DNA from: Xanthobacteraceae bacterium
GTDB lineage: Bacteria; Pseudomonadota; Alphaproteobacteria; Rhizobiales; Xanthobacteraceae
Length of the DNA: 64,000 bases
NCBI GenBank assembly: GCA_049522435.1
Contig: JBEKNW010000001.1
Coordinates: 25,001 to 89,000, forward strand
Direction of reading: 5' to 3'
Part shown: positions 1-8,638 of the stretch, in pieces
Position numbering within the stretch: the first letter of the stretch is position 1
Layout: the number at the start of each line of letters is the position of its first letter
The notes under the pieces: generated by a model
Database searches by the model: none
What the model was told of the DNA's origin: nothing
The model's input: the letters and a program-made list of their open reading frames with translations, nothing else
Made by a program: the position numbers and the translations under genes

Positions 1-2
1 TG

Positions 3-599
3 ATGCATTTTGGCGCCGGATACGTAGATCCCCTTCTTGTCCCGGCGTACGACGCGCAGGAACAGGTCGAGATCGGCCTGCTGATGTGGGGCCTTGGAAC
101 GGTCACCCTTTGGATCGGTCATGGCTCCACCGATCACGATATTGGCGACTTGCGCGCGCTTGAGAAACAAGAGGAAACGCTTGTGATAATCGGTGCCGCG
201 TTCGGCATCGATGTCGAAGGTCACTGAATGGCAGGAGCCGATGGCGTCAAGGCCGACGCAGCGCTGGAAGCAGGTACCAGTGCGACGCCCCAACTCGCGC
301 TGCATCTCATGCTTGCCGACGAGATCGTCCGCCTTGGTCGGAACGTGCAGGAAGCGGTTGATCTGGATGCCGGCGATCTCGCTTCGCACGCCGCCGAGTT
401 CGGGTTGTTCGCTGGCGAGGCGATAGGTCTCCGCCATCGCATTGATCGACGGCCAGATCACCGGGTTGTCAACCGGCTCGTGCACCCGCTCGCCCCTGAA
501 GAACACATTCACGCGGCGCCCGCGCAGGGAAGCGATGTAATCGTCTGCCGTAACGATCGGTCGGGCAAAGTCGGCCCATAGCGTTTCGACGTCTTGCAT
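3..599 (-). CDS. HpaB/AbfD family protein (4-hydroxyphenylacetate 3-monooxygenase oxygenase / 4-hydroxybutyryl-CoA dehydratase family). N-terminal ~199 aa only; the C-terminus runs off the window.
   Basis: Not in the supplied ORF track because it is open to the window edge. Hand translation of the reverse strand from ATG at 597-599, with GAGGAGGA a few nt upstream, gives MQDVETLWADFARPIVTADDYIASLRGRRVNVFFRGERVHEPVDNPVIWPSINAMAETYRLA...IGGAMTDPKGDRSKAPHQQADLDLFLRVV. The 'YIxSLRxxRxVxxxGERV' N-terminus and the 'TDPKGDRS' motif are typical of this family. Confidence 0.65.
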   Translation of the reverse strand, partial: MQDVETLWADFARPIVTADDYIASLRGRRVNVFFRGERVHEPVDNPVIWPSINAMAETYRLASEQPELGGVRSEIAGIQINRFLHVPTKADDLVGKHEMQRELGRRTGTCFQRCVGLDAIGSCHSVTFDIDAERGTDYHKRFLLFLKRAQVANIVIGGAMTDPKGDRSKAPHQQADLDLFLRVVRRDKKGIYVSGAKMH

Positions 600-645
600 C
601 GCATCCTCCTCGTTTCGTCCGGTGGCCGGGCGACCGGCCCGCAAC

Positions 646-735
646 TTACGCCTTCAGGGCTTCACGCAACTTGTAACGAATGATCTTGCCTGAGCCAGTG
701 CGTGGCCACTCTCCTCCTCGGGTCTCACGTCGAAT
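646..735 (-). pseudogene. C-terminal remnant of an AMP-dependent acyl-CoA synthetase/ligase
   Basis: Reverse-strand translation ending at TAA (646-648) reads IRRETRGGEWPRTGSGKIIRYKLREALKA*. This is the terminal P-x-T-x-SGK-I-x-R motif of adenylate-forming enzymes. An in-frame stop lies only 29 codons upstream, and no N-terminal body is present. Confidence 0.45.
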
Positions 736-992
736 TCAACAAGCGATTTCGGTAACTTACGGTAGAATTCCCTGCACGTCGGAGCAGCGGATTCTTTGCG
801 CGCGAGCCCGCAAAACAGAGAGGGAACCGCTGCATCTGGTAAACTGAATGGTCTGCCGGTATAATCCCATGCCCCCCGCGAGCGACGTTCCTCCGATTAC
901 CACGGCGATGATCGAGCGCAACATTCGCCAGCGTCGACTCAAGGCATGGGAACGGCGCCGGCCGAACCACACGCGCTAACGCGGAGGTTTCC

Positions 993-2234
993 ATGAAGGA
1001 TGACGCGTCAATCGCCAAGCTGCGGATCGGCTTGATCGGCAGTGGCTTCATCGCCAAGTTCCACCTCCAGGCGCTGATCGCAGTTCGCCATGTCTCCGTT
1101 GCGGGAGTCTATAGTCCTACCGCCGCGCATCGCGAGGCGCTCGCCGCGGAAGCTAATGTGCTGGAGCTTGGCCCCTGCCGGCCGTTCGCTTCACTCGAAG
1201 CCATGCTGGTTTCCGGTGAGGTTGATGCCGTATGGATCGCTGCGCCGAACTTCACCCGGCTCGACATCATGCGAGAGATCCACGATCTGGTGAAATCCGG
1301 CCGGGCGAAGCTTGTCGGCGTGGTTTGCGAAAAGCCGCTAGGGCGGACGCTCGCCGAAGCGCGGGAGATGCTGCGCCTTGCCGGGGATGCCTCTCTGATC
1401 CACGGCTATCTGGAAAATCAGGTGTTCTCGAGCGCGGTCCAGCGCGGCAAGGACATCGTGTGGCGTCGCGCCGTGCCGATTTGCGGTCGTCCCTACCTGG
1501 CGCGCGCCGCCGAGGAGCATAGCGGGCCGCACATGCCGTGGTTCTGGCAGGGTCAACGGCAAGGCGGAGGTGTGCTCTCCGACATGACTTGTCACAGTGT
1601 CGAGGTGGCGCGCTTTCTGCTGACCGCGCCCGGCGCGCCGCGTAGCGACCTCAAGCTCGTGAGCGCCAGCGCCACTGTCGGCAACCTGAAATGGACCCGG
1701 CCGGAATATGTGGTAAAGCTCAAGCGCATGATGGGTGCCGAGATCGATTATGCCAAGCGGCCGGCCGAGGATTTCGCCCGCGGCGCGCTCACCTTCCGCG
1801 ATGCGCAAGGGCATGAGGTTTTGGTCGAAGCCACCAATTCATGGGCCTATGTGGGCGCCGGCCTGCGCATCCTGATCGAGCTCCTTGGCCCCGAATATTC
1901 CATGGAGTTCAGCTCGCTCAACACCGGGCTGAAAGTGTTTTTGTCGCGCGAGGTGACCGCCGGGCAGGGCGAGGATTTGGTCGAGAAGCAGAACGCCGAG
2001 CAAGGCTTGATGCCGGTGGTCGAGAACGAGGCGGACATCTACGGCTATATCGGTGAGGATCGGCACATGGTCGACGCTCTTCGTCACCGCCGGCGCCCGA
2101 TCGAGACCTTCGAGGACGGCGTCGGCGTGGCCGAGATGTTGATGGCGCTCTATCGCTCGGCGGAGATCGGCCAAGTAGTGAACTTGCCGGCTCCGGAACT
2201 GGAGACCTATGTTCCGCCGGTCGCGCGGCCGTAG
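993..2234 (+). CDS. Gfo/Idh/MocA family NAD(P)-dependent oxidoreductase
   Basis: 413-aa ORF. The N-terminal Rossmann signature LRIGLIGSGFIAKFHLQAL and the overall length and layout fit the family. Confidence 0.8.
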   Translation: MKDDASIAKLRIGLIGSGFIAKFHLQALIAVRHVSVAGVYSPTAAHREALAAEANVLELGPCRPFASLEAMLVSGEVDAVWIAAPNFTRLDIMREIHDLVKSGRAKLVGVVCEKPLGRTLAEAREMLRLAGDASLIHGYLENQVFSSAVQRGKDIVWRRAVPICGRPYLARAAEEHSGPHMPWFWQGQRQGGGVLSDMTCHSVEVARFLLTAPGAPRSDLKLVSASATVGNLKWTRPEYVVKLKRMMGAEIDYAKRPAEDFARGALTFRDAQGHEVLVEATNSWAYVGAGLRILIELLGPEYSMEFSSLNTGLKVFLSREVTAGQGEDLVEKQNAEQGLMPVVENEADIYGYIGEDRHMVDALRHRRRPIETFEDGVGVAEMLMALYRSAEIGQVVNLPAPELETYVPPVARP

Positions 2235-2335
2235 GTCACGAGACAGCCGACGCCCGACGGAAATGTTGCGGTCGGTGCCGTTCGCCTCGTTTCGATCGTT
2301 TCGGCATTGCTATTTTTGCTAGGCCGCGTTTGCTG

Positions 2336-3265
2336 TCAGTAATTTTTGTTGCGACATGCGCCTTCGGGTAATCGAGGTGGCAGCTTCGGCATGGGGGCCA
2401 GCAGTACGTCGGGCATGCACGCCTCAGTGCCGTACGTCGCCGCATCTGCACGGTGCGTCAGCGCTTGCCGGTACTCGCTCGGCGCGACACCGGTGTGCTG
2501 ACGAAAGAACCGGGTGAAATTGCATTGCGCATCGAAGCCGAGACGGCTCGCAACCGACGTCAGGCTCGCCTGGGAGCGGCTCATCTGCAGCATCGCCTCC
2601 TCCAGCCGCAGCGAGTTCCAGAATATGCTCGGCGTAAGTCCCAGTTCGTCACGGAACAACGAGAAAAAGTGAGGACGAGACAAGCCGGACTCTCGCGCCA
2701 CCGTTTCCATGTCGAGATTTCGCGCCATGTTGTTGCGCATGAGCGCCAGCGCCTTGCGAATCCTGAAATCGCGTGCGCTATGGTCTCGCTTTGCATCTGC
2801 GGTCGCCGCTTCACGGGACGCTATCAACGCGTGCTTCAGGAAGGCGGCCAAGGCGCAATCAAGCTCGACTTCGTCGCTCATATCATCAAGCAGCATGTCT
2901 CTCAACATCCACAGTTCTTCTCGCAGAGGCGCCGAGATCGCGATGTCGAGATGCGTGAAACTCCTGGGCGGATGAAGGGGCAACCTCCGCGACAGCCAAT
3001 CCGGGTCGAGATAGAACGACAGGCTCTGTGCTGCACCTGAGCTGCTGTCAACCTTCACGCAGTGCGGCACGAAGCGATCGATGATCGCGGCCTTCTTCGC
3101 GTCATGGCCGACCAGCGTCCCATTGACCAGGACGTGCGCCGGCGCTCCCGACAACCAGAAGCTCACGTTCGCGCTCGAATGAGCGTGCGTCACGAGTTCG
3201 GTCGTCAGTTCGAGAGCGGAAACGTGACCGAACGAGCCGTGGTGAACGCGAAATATCTTCGACAT
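2336..3265 (-). CDS. AraC family transcriptional regulator
   Basis: C-terminal double HTH: ...SGLSRPHFFSLFRDELGLTPSIFWNSLRLEEAMLQM...CNFTRFFRQHTGVAPSEYRQ. Start moved to the internal ATG (MSKIFRVHH, 3265). The track ORF extends to 3361. Divergent from the Mo-hydroxylase operon. Confidence 0.8.
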   Translation of the reverse strand: MSKIFRVHHGSFGHVSALELTTELVTHAHSSANVSFWLSGAPAHVLVNGTLVGHDAKKAAIIDRFVPHCVKVDSSSGAAQSLSFYLDPDWLSRRLPLHPPRSFTHLDIAISAPLREELWMLRDMLLDDMSDEVELDCALAAFLKHALIASREAATADAKRDHSARDFRIRKALALMRNNMARNLDMETVARESGLSRPHFFSLFRDELGLTPSIFWNSLRLEEAMLQMSRSQASLTSVASRLGFDAQCNFTRFFRQHTGVAPSEYRQALTHRADAATYGTEACMPDVLLAPMPKLPPRLPEGACRNKNY

Positions 3266-3528
3266 TGGGTTTCCACCCGAAACCACGGCTTCTGCTACAC
3301 TATGTCCTGCGAATTTGGCCGCTTTAGCTTGGATTAGAAATCCATCCGCGCCCGGCGTCAATGTGGGGCCCCCGCAGCCCTGGCAAAACCAGATAGATTG
3401 ATAAGCGCACCCGCCACGGTCCGGCTATGCTGTCGTTATCTACGGTTCGGCTTCGACGGACTGCTGCCGGGCATGCGGCGTCCGGCTTGGCACGCTCGCC
3501 GCGCCGCCGGCGAGAAGAGAGCGAACGA

Positions 3529-4341
3529 ATGACCCTTGCCTATCAAAGCTTTAATGATCCGCAGGCCGCCTCCCGCTTCCTGGCTGAACGGCAGGAGGCG
3601 CGGCTGCTGGGCGGCGGAACGATCCTGGTGCGGCGCGTGAACGAAGGCGATATCTCGATCGGCACCTATGTCCGCCTGCTCGCGCCGGAGCTCAAACAAA
3701 TCGACGTGACCGACGACATGGTACGGCTCGGTGCCGGCGTGACGATGTCGAGAATTGCGAAAACCCCTGGGCTTGCCTTCCTCGCTCCCGTCGCCAAGTC
3801 GATCGGCGGTCCGGCCGTCCGGTCGGCGGCGACGGTAGGCGGCAATCTTTTCGCGCGGAGCCCCTATGGCGATTTCGGTGTCGCACTGCTCGCGCTGGAT
3901 GCCGTCGTTTCCATCGCAAGTCCCGAAGGCTTCGGCGAATTCGATCTCGAGACGTTCTTCAAGTCGCGCACGCAACTCGCCGCCGCCTCCATCGTCACGG
4001 CAGTTCGCTTCCCTCGCCCCATGCCCGACGATTTTCGCTTCGTCAAAATCAGCCGTGTTAAGCCGAATGGCGCCGCCGTGCTGTCGATAGCTGCCGTGGT
4101 TTCGACGACGGAAGGCCGCGTTTCAGCAGCGCGTGTTGCCCTCGGCGCCATGGCGGGCACGCCTGTCCGCGCACATAGTCTGGAAGAGGCGCTAAAGGGA
4201 GCGGCGCTGACGCCGCACGAGATTGAACGAATAGTGGCGTCGGCCGTGGCGGATACGTCGCCTTCGTCCGACGCGATCGCAAGCGAATGGTACCGGAAGG
4301 CAGTGCTCCCCGTTCATCTCCGCCGGTTGCTTTCGAGCTGA
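3529..4341 (+). CDS. Molybdenum hydroxylase (xanthine dehydrogenase family) FAD-binding subunit, CoxM/NdhF-like
   Basis: LLGGGTILVRR...GAGVT...GGPAVRSAATVGGNL pattern of the FAD-binding domain. Start placed at MTLAYQSF (3529); the track ORF begins at 3427 with an Arg-rich extension. First gene of a four-ORF operon. Confidence 0.8.
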   Translation: MTLAYQSFNDPQAASRFLAERQEARLLGGGTILVRRVNEGDISIGTYVRLLAPELKQIDVTDDMVRLGAGVTMSRIAKTPGLAFLAPVAKSIGGPAVRSAATVGGNLFARSPYGDFGVALLALDAVVSIASPEGFGEFDLETFFKSRTQLAAASIVTAVRFPRPMPDDFRFVKISRVKPNGAAVLSIAAVVSTTEGRVSAARVALGAMAGTPVRAHSLEEALKGAALTPHEIERIVASAVADTSPSSDAIASEWYRKAVLPVHLRRLLSS

Positions 4342-4368
4342 ATTCCTCGATTTCCCGTGAGCTGCGTC

Positions 4369-4869
4369 ATGACAAAAGTACCTGTCCAAATGACCGTGAA
4401 TGGCGAAGAGCGGGCCGAATTCGTCGACAGCGGAACGACGCTTCTCAGGTTCTTGCGGGACAAGATCGGCGACCTCACGCCAAAAGCCGGCTGTCTCCAG
4501 GGAACTTGCGGCACATGCACGGTTGTGGTCGACGGGGAGCCTCGCCTCGCATGCATTACGCTGGCGGAGGACTGCCGCGGCGGGACCGTCGAGACGGTCG
4601 CGGGTCTCTCGGCGGATGGCAAATTGCATCCTTTGCAGCAGGCCTTGCTCGACCACTTCGCAGCCCAGTGCGGCTTCTGCACGCCCGGCATGCTCATGGC
4701 GGCGAAAGCGCTGCTTGATGCAAACCCCCATCCCGATCGGGCCGACGTGGAAGACGCGCTCAGCGGCAACATCTGCCGATGCACCGGCTATGAGCCGATC
4801 ATCAGAGCCGTCCTGTCCGTTTCCCGGAGCCATGCTCGCCGCGGCACACCGGAACGGGGAGCGGTGTGA
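4369..4869 (+). CDS. Molybdenum hydroxylase [2Fe-2S] small subunit, CoxS/NdhS-like
   Basis: Both cluster motifs are present: GCLQGTCGTCTV and CGFCTPGM...CRCTGY. An alternative GTG start lies at 4357. The stop overlaps the next start (ATGA-type junction at 4866). Confidence 0.85.
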   Translation: MTKVPVQMTVNGEERAEFVDSGTTLLRFLRDKIGDLTPKAGCLQGTCGTCTVVVDGEPRLACITLAEDCRGGTVETVAGLSADGKLHPLQQALLDHFAAQCGFCTPGMLMAAKALLDANPHPDRADVEDALSGNICRCTGYEPIIRAVLSVSRSHARRGTPERGAV

Positions 4870-6236
4870 TGGAGATACGCAAAAGCTATTTCGCCGACGA
4901 GCGCCGCGATGATCTCAAGGAGATCGGCCAGTCGAGGCAGCGCTCCGACACGGCCGGGCACGTCCGCGGCATCACGCCGTTCTATGCCGACCGGCACGTT
5001 CCAGCGCTCCTCCACCTCCGCATGGTCCGCAGTCCGCACCACCATGCACGGATCCTGCGGATCGATACGAGTGCGGCGGAGCGGCATCCCGGCGTCAAGC
5101 GGATCATTACGGCAAAAGACGTTCCGCACAATGTCTATACCGTGCTGAACCTGATCAATATCGGACCGGAAGACGAGCCGGTGCTTGCCTTCGACAAGGT
5201 ACGCTGGCTTGGCGAGCCTGTGGTCGCCATCGTCGCCGACAGCGAACGAGGCGCCTATGAGGCGGCTGCTTTGGTGCGCGTCGACTACGAAGAGCTTCCC
5301 GCAGTCTTCGATGTCGAGGAAGCGCTCAGGCCCGGCGCGCCCCTGGTCAACGAATATCATGGGCAAAATTATTATCGCTATGACAGCGGCGCGAGCCGCA
5401 AGGTCAAGCTCGGGGATGTGGAGGCAGGCTTCCGAAAAGCCGATCACATCCTGGAGGAGCGTTACGACTCCAGTCCCATGGAGCACGCGCCGACCGAGAC
5501 GACAGGGTGTATCGTGGTGCCCGATCAGAATAACCGTCTGACCTGCTATACCGGAACTCAGGCGATCTTCTTCACCCTCGATAACGCGTCGATCATCCTC
5601 GATATACCGGGCCAGCGCCTGCATTTCATCGGCGGCACTGCGGGCGGCGGCTTCGGGGGCAAGGTGGACTGCACCGTGGAGCCGATCACCCTGCTGGCCG
5701 CCATGCTCACCGGTCGGCCCGTCGCCTTCATCTACAATCGTTACGAAGAGATGCAGATCTCTTCAGCCAGGGCGGCCGAGCGTATCTACATCAAGGACGG
5801 CCTGACGAAAGATGGGCGAATCGTGGCCCGTCAGGTGCGATGCTATGTCGACTCTGGCGCCTATTCCCGCCATTCACCCTACGGCGCGCAGAAGGCGGCG
5901 GCGCATTTCCCGGGACCCTATTCGATTCCCAATGTCGAGATCGATTGCTATTGCGTCTACACCAATCGAACGCCGTCGAGCTCCATGCGCGGCTTCGGCG
6001 TCACTATCGCGGACTTCGCCCTCGAGGTCCAGATGGACAAGCTGGCGCGCATCATTGGAATGGACCCGCTGGAATTCCGTTTCATCAACGCCTACCGGGA
6101 TGGCGATATGAAGGCGCATCGTCAGCTCACGGAAGGGGCTGCGCTGATCGAATGTATGCAGGAGGCGTCCATCTGGGCAAATTGGCCGGTCGAATCCCGT
6201 TTCCTGAAGATGTCATCGCGCGAGAAGAGAGGGTAG
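4866..6236 (+). CDS. Molybdopterin-binding large subunit, N-terminal part (NdhL-like, 456 aa)
   Basis: Aldehyde oxidase/xanthine dehydrogenase a/b-hammerhead and MoCo domain motifs (GGGFGGK, SSSMRGFGVTIADFALEVQMD). Ends at TAG 6234-6236, in the same frame as the next ORF. Confidence 0.8.
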   Translation: MMEIRKSYFADERRDDLKEIGQSRQRSDTAGHVRGITPFYADRHVPALLHLRMVRSPHHHARILRIDTSAAERHPGVKRIITAKDVPHNVYTVLNLINIGPEDEPVLAFDKVRWLGEPVVAIVADSERGAYEAAALVRVDYEELPAVFDVEEALRPGAPLVNEYHGQNYYRYDSGASRKVKLGDVEAGFRKADHILEERYDSSPMEHAPTETTGCIVVPDQNNRLTCYTGTQAIFFTLDNASIILDIPGQRLHFIGGTAGGGFGGKVDCTVEPITLLAAMLTGRPVAFIYNRYEEMQISSARAAERIYIKDGLTKDGRIVARQVRCYVDSGAYSRHSPYGAQKAAAHFPGPYSIPNVEIDCYCVYTNRTPSSSMRGFGVTIADFALEVQMDKLARIIGMDPLEFRFINAYRDGDMKAHRQLTEGAALIECMQEASIWANWPVESRFLKMSSREKRG

Positions 6237-6239
6237 CCC

Positions 6240-7253
6240 ATGGCCAGGAAACGTGGCCGCGGCGTTGCGGCCGTCAATTACCCGACCGGCATGAATCTCG
6301 GCGGCGACCCGACACAGGCGCTGGTTCACTCCACCCCGACCGGCAATTTCATAGTGTCGCTCTCAAGTGTCGATCTTGGACAGGGAATGAAGTCGATCAT
6401 GGCGCAGATCTGCGCCGAGACGCTCGGCGTACCGACCGAGCGCGTCATCGTCGATACCGCGGACTCCGATACGGGACCGCATTGCATGGGAACGTTCGCC
6501 TCGCGGGGAACGCATCGCGCCGGCAATGCCGTGATCGCCGCCGCCAAGGAAGCCCGCGATGTGATGCTGGAGGTTGCCGCCAATATGCTCGAGGTGGATT
6601 CCCGCGACCTGCGGACGGATGGCACGGGAAATATCCATATCGTCGGCGTGCCGAGCAAATCGGTCTCGGTGACCGACGTCGCCTTGGCCGCGCACTTCCA
6701 ACAGGGCCGATCCATCTCCGGGCGCGGGATGTTTTTCATACCACGCTCCTATCCCTCGCCGACGGATGGAGCGATGAAGCCGTCGACCTGCTATGCCCAC
6801 GCCTGCACGATCGCGGAAGTCGAGGTCGACACCGAGACCGGCGAAGTCGATGTTCTGTCGCTCAAGAGCGTCTATGAGGTCGGCCGGGCCTTGAATCCAA
6901 AGATGGTCGAGCAGCAGCTCGTCGGCGGCACCTGGATGGGCATGAGCCACGCGCTCTACGAGACCACGGAGCCCTACTATCCCGCGCGCGACCATGGCGC
7001 TAGGGATTTCAACGAGTATCTTATGCTTGGCCTCGGCGACCTGCCCAAGACCGAGATCCGCATTATCGAACGGCCGGCGCCGGATGGTCCCTACGGCGCC
7101 AAGGGCCTCGGTGAGATGTGCGCGAATGCCCCCATTCCCGCCATTGCCAATGCAATCTTCGACGCAGTCGGCGTCCGCGTCGACAGCCTGCCGCTCTCTC
7201 CCGAGAAGATTCTGCGAGCGCTCCTGGCGAGAGGGAGCTCGGCAGCGGCATGA
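6240..7253 (+). CDS. Molybdopterin-binding large subunit, C-terminal part (NdhM-like, 337 aa)
   Basis: Starts MARKRGRGVAAVNYPTG, the usual start of MoCo domains 3/4. Contains the conserved active-site region PYGAKGLGEMCANAPIPAIANAI. The purine-rich GAGAAGAGAGGG lies 6 nt upstream of the ATG. Confidence 0.8.
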   Translation: MARKRGRGVAAVNYPTGMNLGGDPTQALVHSTPTGNFIVSLSSVDLGQGMKSIMAQICAETLGVPTERVIVDTADSDTGPHCMGTFASRGTHRAGNAVIAAAKEARDVMLEVAANMLEVDSRDLRTDGTGNIHIVGVPSKSVSVTDVALAAHFQQGRSISGRGMFFIPRSYPSPTDGAMKPSTCYAHACTIAEVEVDTETGEVDVLSLKSVYEVGRALNPKMVEQQLVGGTWMGMSHALYETTEPYYPARDHGARDFNEYLMLGLGDLPKTEIRIIERPAPDGPYGAKGLGEMCANAPIPAIANAIFDAVGVRVDSLPLSPEKILRALLARGSSAAA

Positions 7254-7546
7254 TCGACCCCAGATCCGTTGCTTTCGACCCGCAAGGCCGAATGCCATCG
7301 TGCGCGGCGCATTATCATGCCGTCTGAAACTTGCGCCGCCCCCCTTGTGCTGCCCCAGAAGCGCAAGTTATTAATCAAGTGAACTGCCAGCGATTTCACC
7401 ATATCGGCAGACGACAACAGAGATAGGGAAGGAGGCGCATGCGGGTCCCGTCCTCCCTTGATCGAGTTGGCGAGGCTCGCTCTTCTCGATGTTCGACGGC
7501 AGACCGCATCCTGACCTTACAATTAAACGAGCGGAGGAAATAGGCT

Positions 7547-8572
7547 ATGAATAAGCTCTTTGCTGCCGGCGTCGCGGCGCTGGCCCTGTGGTCCACGTCC
7601 GCCTACGCCGAGGACGGCTCGAAAATCGTCGTCGGCCTGTCCAACGGCTATTTCGGCACGGAATGGCGCAATCAAATGGTTGCCGGCGCCAACGAACAGT
7701 TCGACTTCTACAAGTCGAAGGGAATGGCCGGCCAGCTTATCGTGCAGCAGGCCGGCGCCGACACCAATCAGCAGATCCAAGATATCCGTAACATGATCCA
7801 GCAGCATGTTTCGGTCATCATGGTGAACGCCAATTCGGCGACCGCGCTCAACGGCGTTTTCGCCGAGGCGCACAAGGCCAACATTCCCGTCGTCTCCTTC
7901 GACCAGGCGGTGACCAGCCCCTATGCTGTCAATGTGACGGTCGATCACTATGCCTGGGGCATGCGCTATGCCGAATGGCTGGCGAAGGCACTCAACGGCA
8001 AGGGCAAGATCGTCGTCGTGGACGGCATCCCCGGCCACCCGGCGGCTGAAGCCCGGCGCAAGGCCGCGCTGGATACATTCGCCAAGAATCCCGGTCTGGA
8101 CATTGTCTGGCAGGGATATGGCTTATGGGATCAGGCCAAGGCCCAGGCCGCTATGTCGACGGTGCTCGCCTCGCAGCCGCAGATCGACGGCGTCTTCGTC
8201 GAGGATTCGATGGCGCTTGGCGTGATGCGGGCATTCGAGAACGCGGGCCGTCCCATCCCCACCATGACCGGCGAGACGCAGAAGGCGTTCCTGGAGGAGT
8301 GGAAAACGGTTCTTCTCAAGCAGCCGGACCTCAAGATATTCGCTCAGGTCAACCCGCCCGACATCAGCCGTACCGCCCTCGGCATTGCGGTGCGCATCGC
8401 CGCAGGGCGGACGCTTAAGCCGCTGAAGGACAATACCTACTATTATCCGATCACCACCTTCGTTGATTCGGCGGATCTCGACGCGACGCTGGCCAAGATG
8501 AAGGATAAGCCGAATGGCTACTTCCTCGCCACGTGGCTGAGCGAGGATCAGCTTGACGCTTTGTTCCAATAG
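7547..8572 (+). CDS. ABC transporter periplasmic substrate-binding protein (ribose/sugar-type, Peripla_BP family)
   Basis: Signal peptide MNKLFAAGVAALALWSTSAYA. The body resembles RbsB-type binding proteins. First gene of an ABC operon. Confidence 0.85.
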   Translation: MNKLFAAGVAALALWSTSAYAEDGSKIVVGLSNGYFGTEWRNQMVAGANEQFDFYKSKGMAGQLIVQQAGADTNQQIQDIRNMIQQHVSVIMVNANSATALNGVFAEAHKANIPVVSFDQAVTSPYAVNVTVDHYAWGMRYAEWLAKALNGKGKIVVVDGIPGHPAAEARRKAALDTFAKNPGLDIVWQGYGLWDQAKAQAAMSTVLASQPQIDGVFVEDSMALGVMRAFENAGRPIPTMTGETQKAFLEEWKTVLLKQPDLKIFAQVNPPDISRTALGIAVRIAAGRTLKPLKDNTYYYPITTFVDSADLDATLAKMKDKPNGYFLATWLSEDQLDALFQ

Positions 8573-8638
8573 AGAAGATGGCCGTCGAGGCGCACGACAT
8601 GCGCGCCTCGACGGCCGCATGGTGACGAAAGAGCGGCA

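Noticed and set aside
725-1057. 110-aa and 71-aa minus-strand ORFs (725..1057 and 757..972)
   Set aside because: They overlap the start of the Gfo/Idh/MocA gene and contain only a 16-aa permease-like patch. I treated them as debris, not genes.
6234-6236. In-frame TAG as a recoding event (pyrrolysine, selenocysteine or programmed read-through)
   Set aside because: Selenocysteine uses UGA plus a SECIS element. No pyl genes are present and none are expected in this lineage. An SD-like sequence and an ATG lie two codons downstream, so separate initiation or simple pseudogenisation is far more parsimonious.
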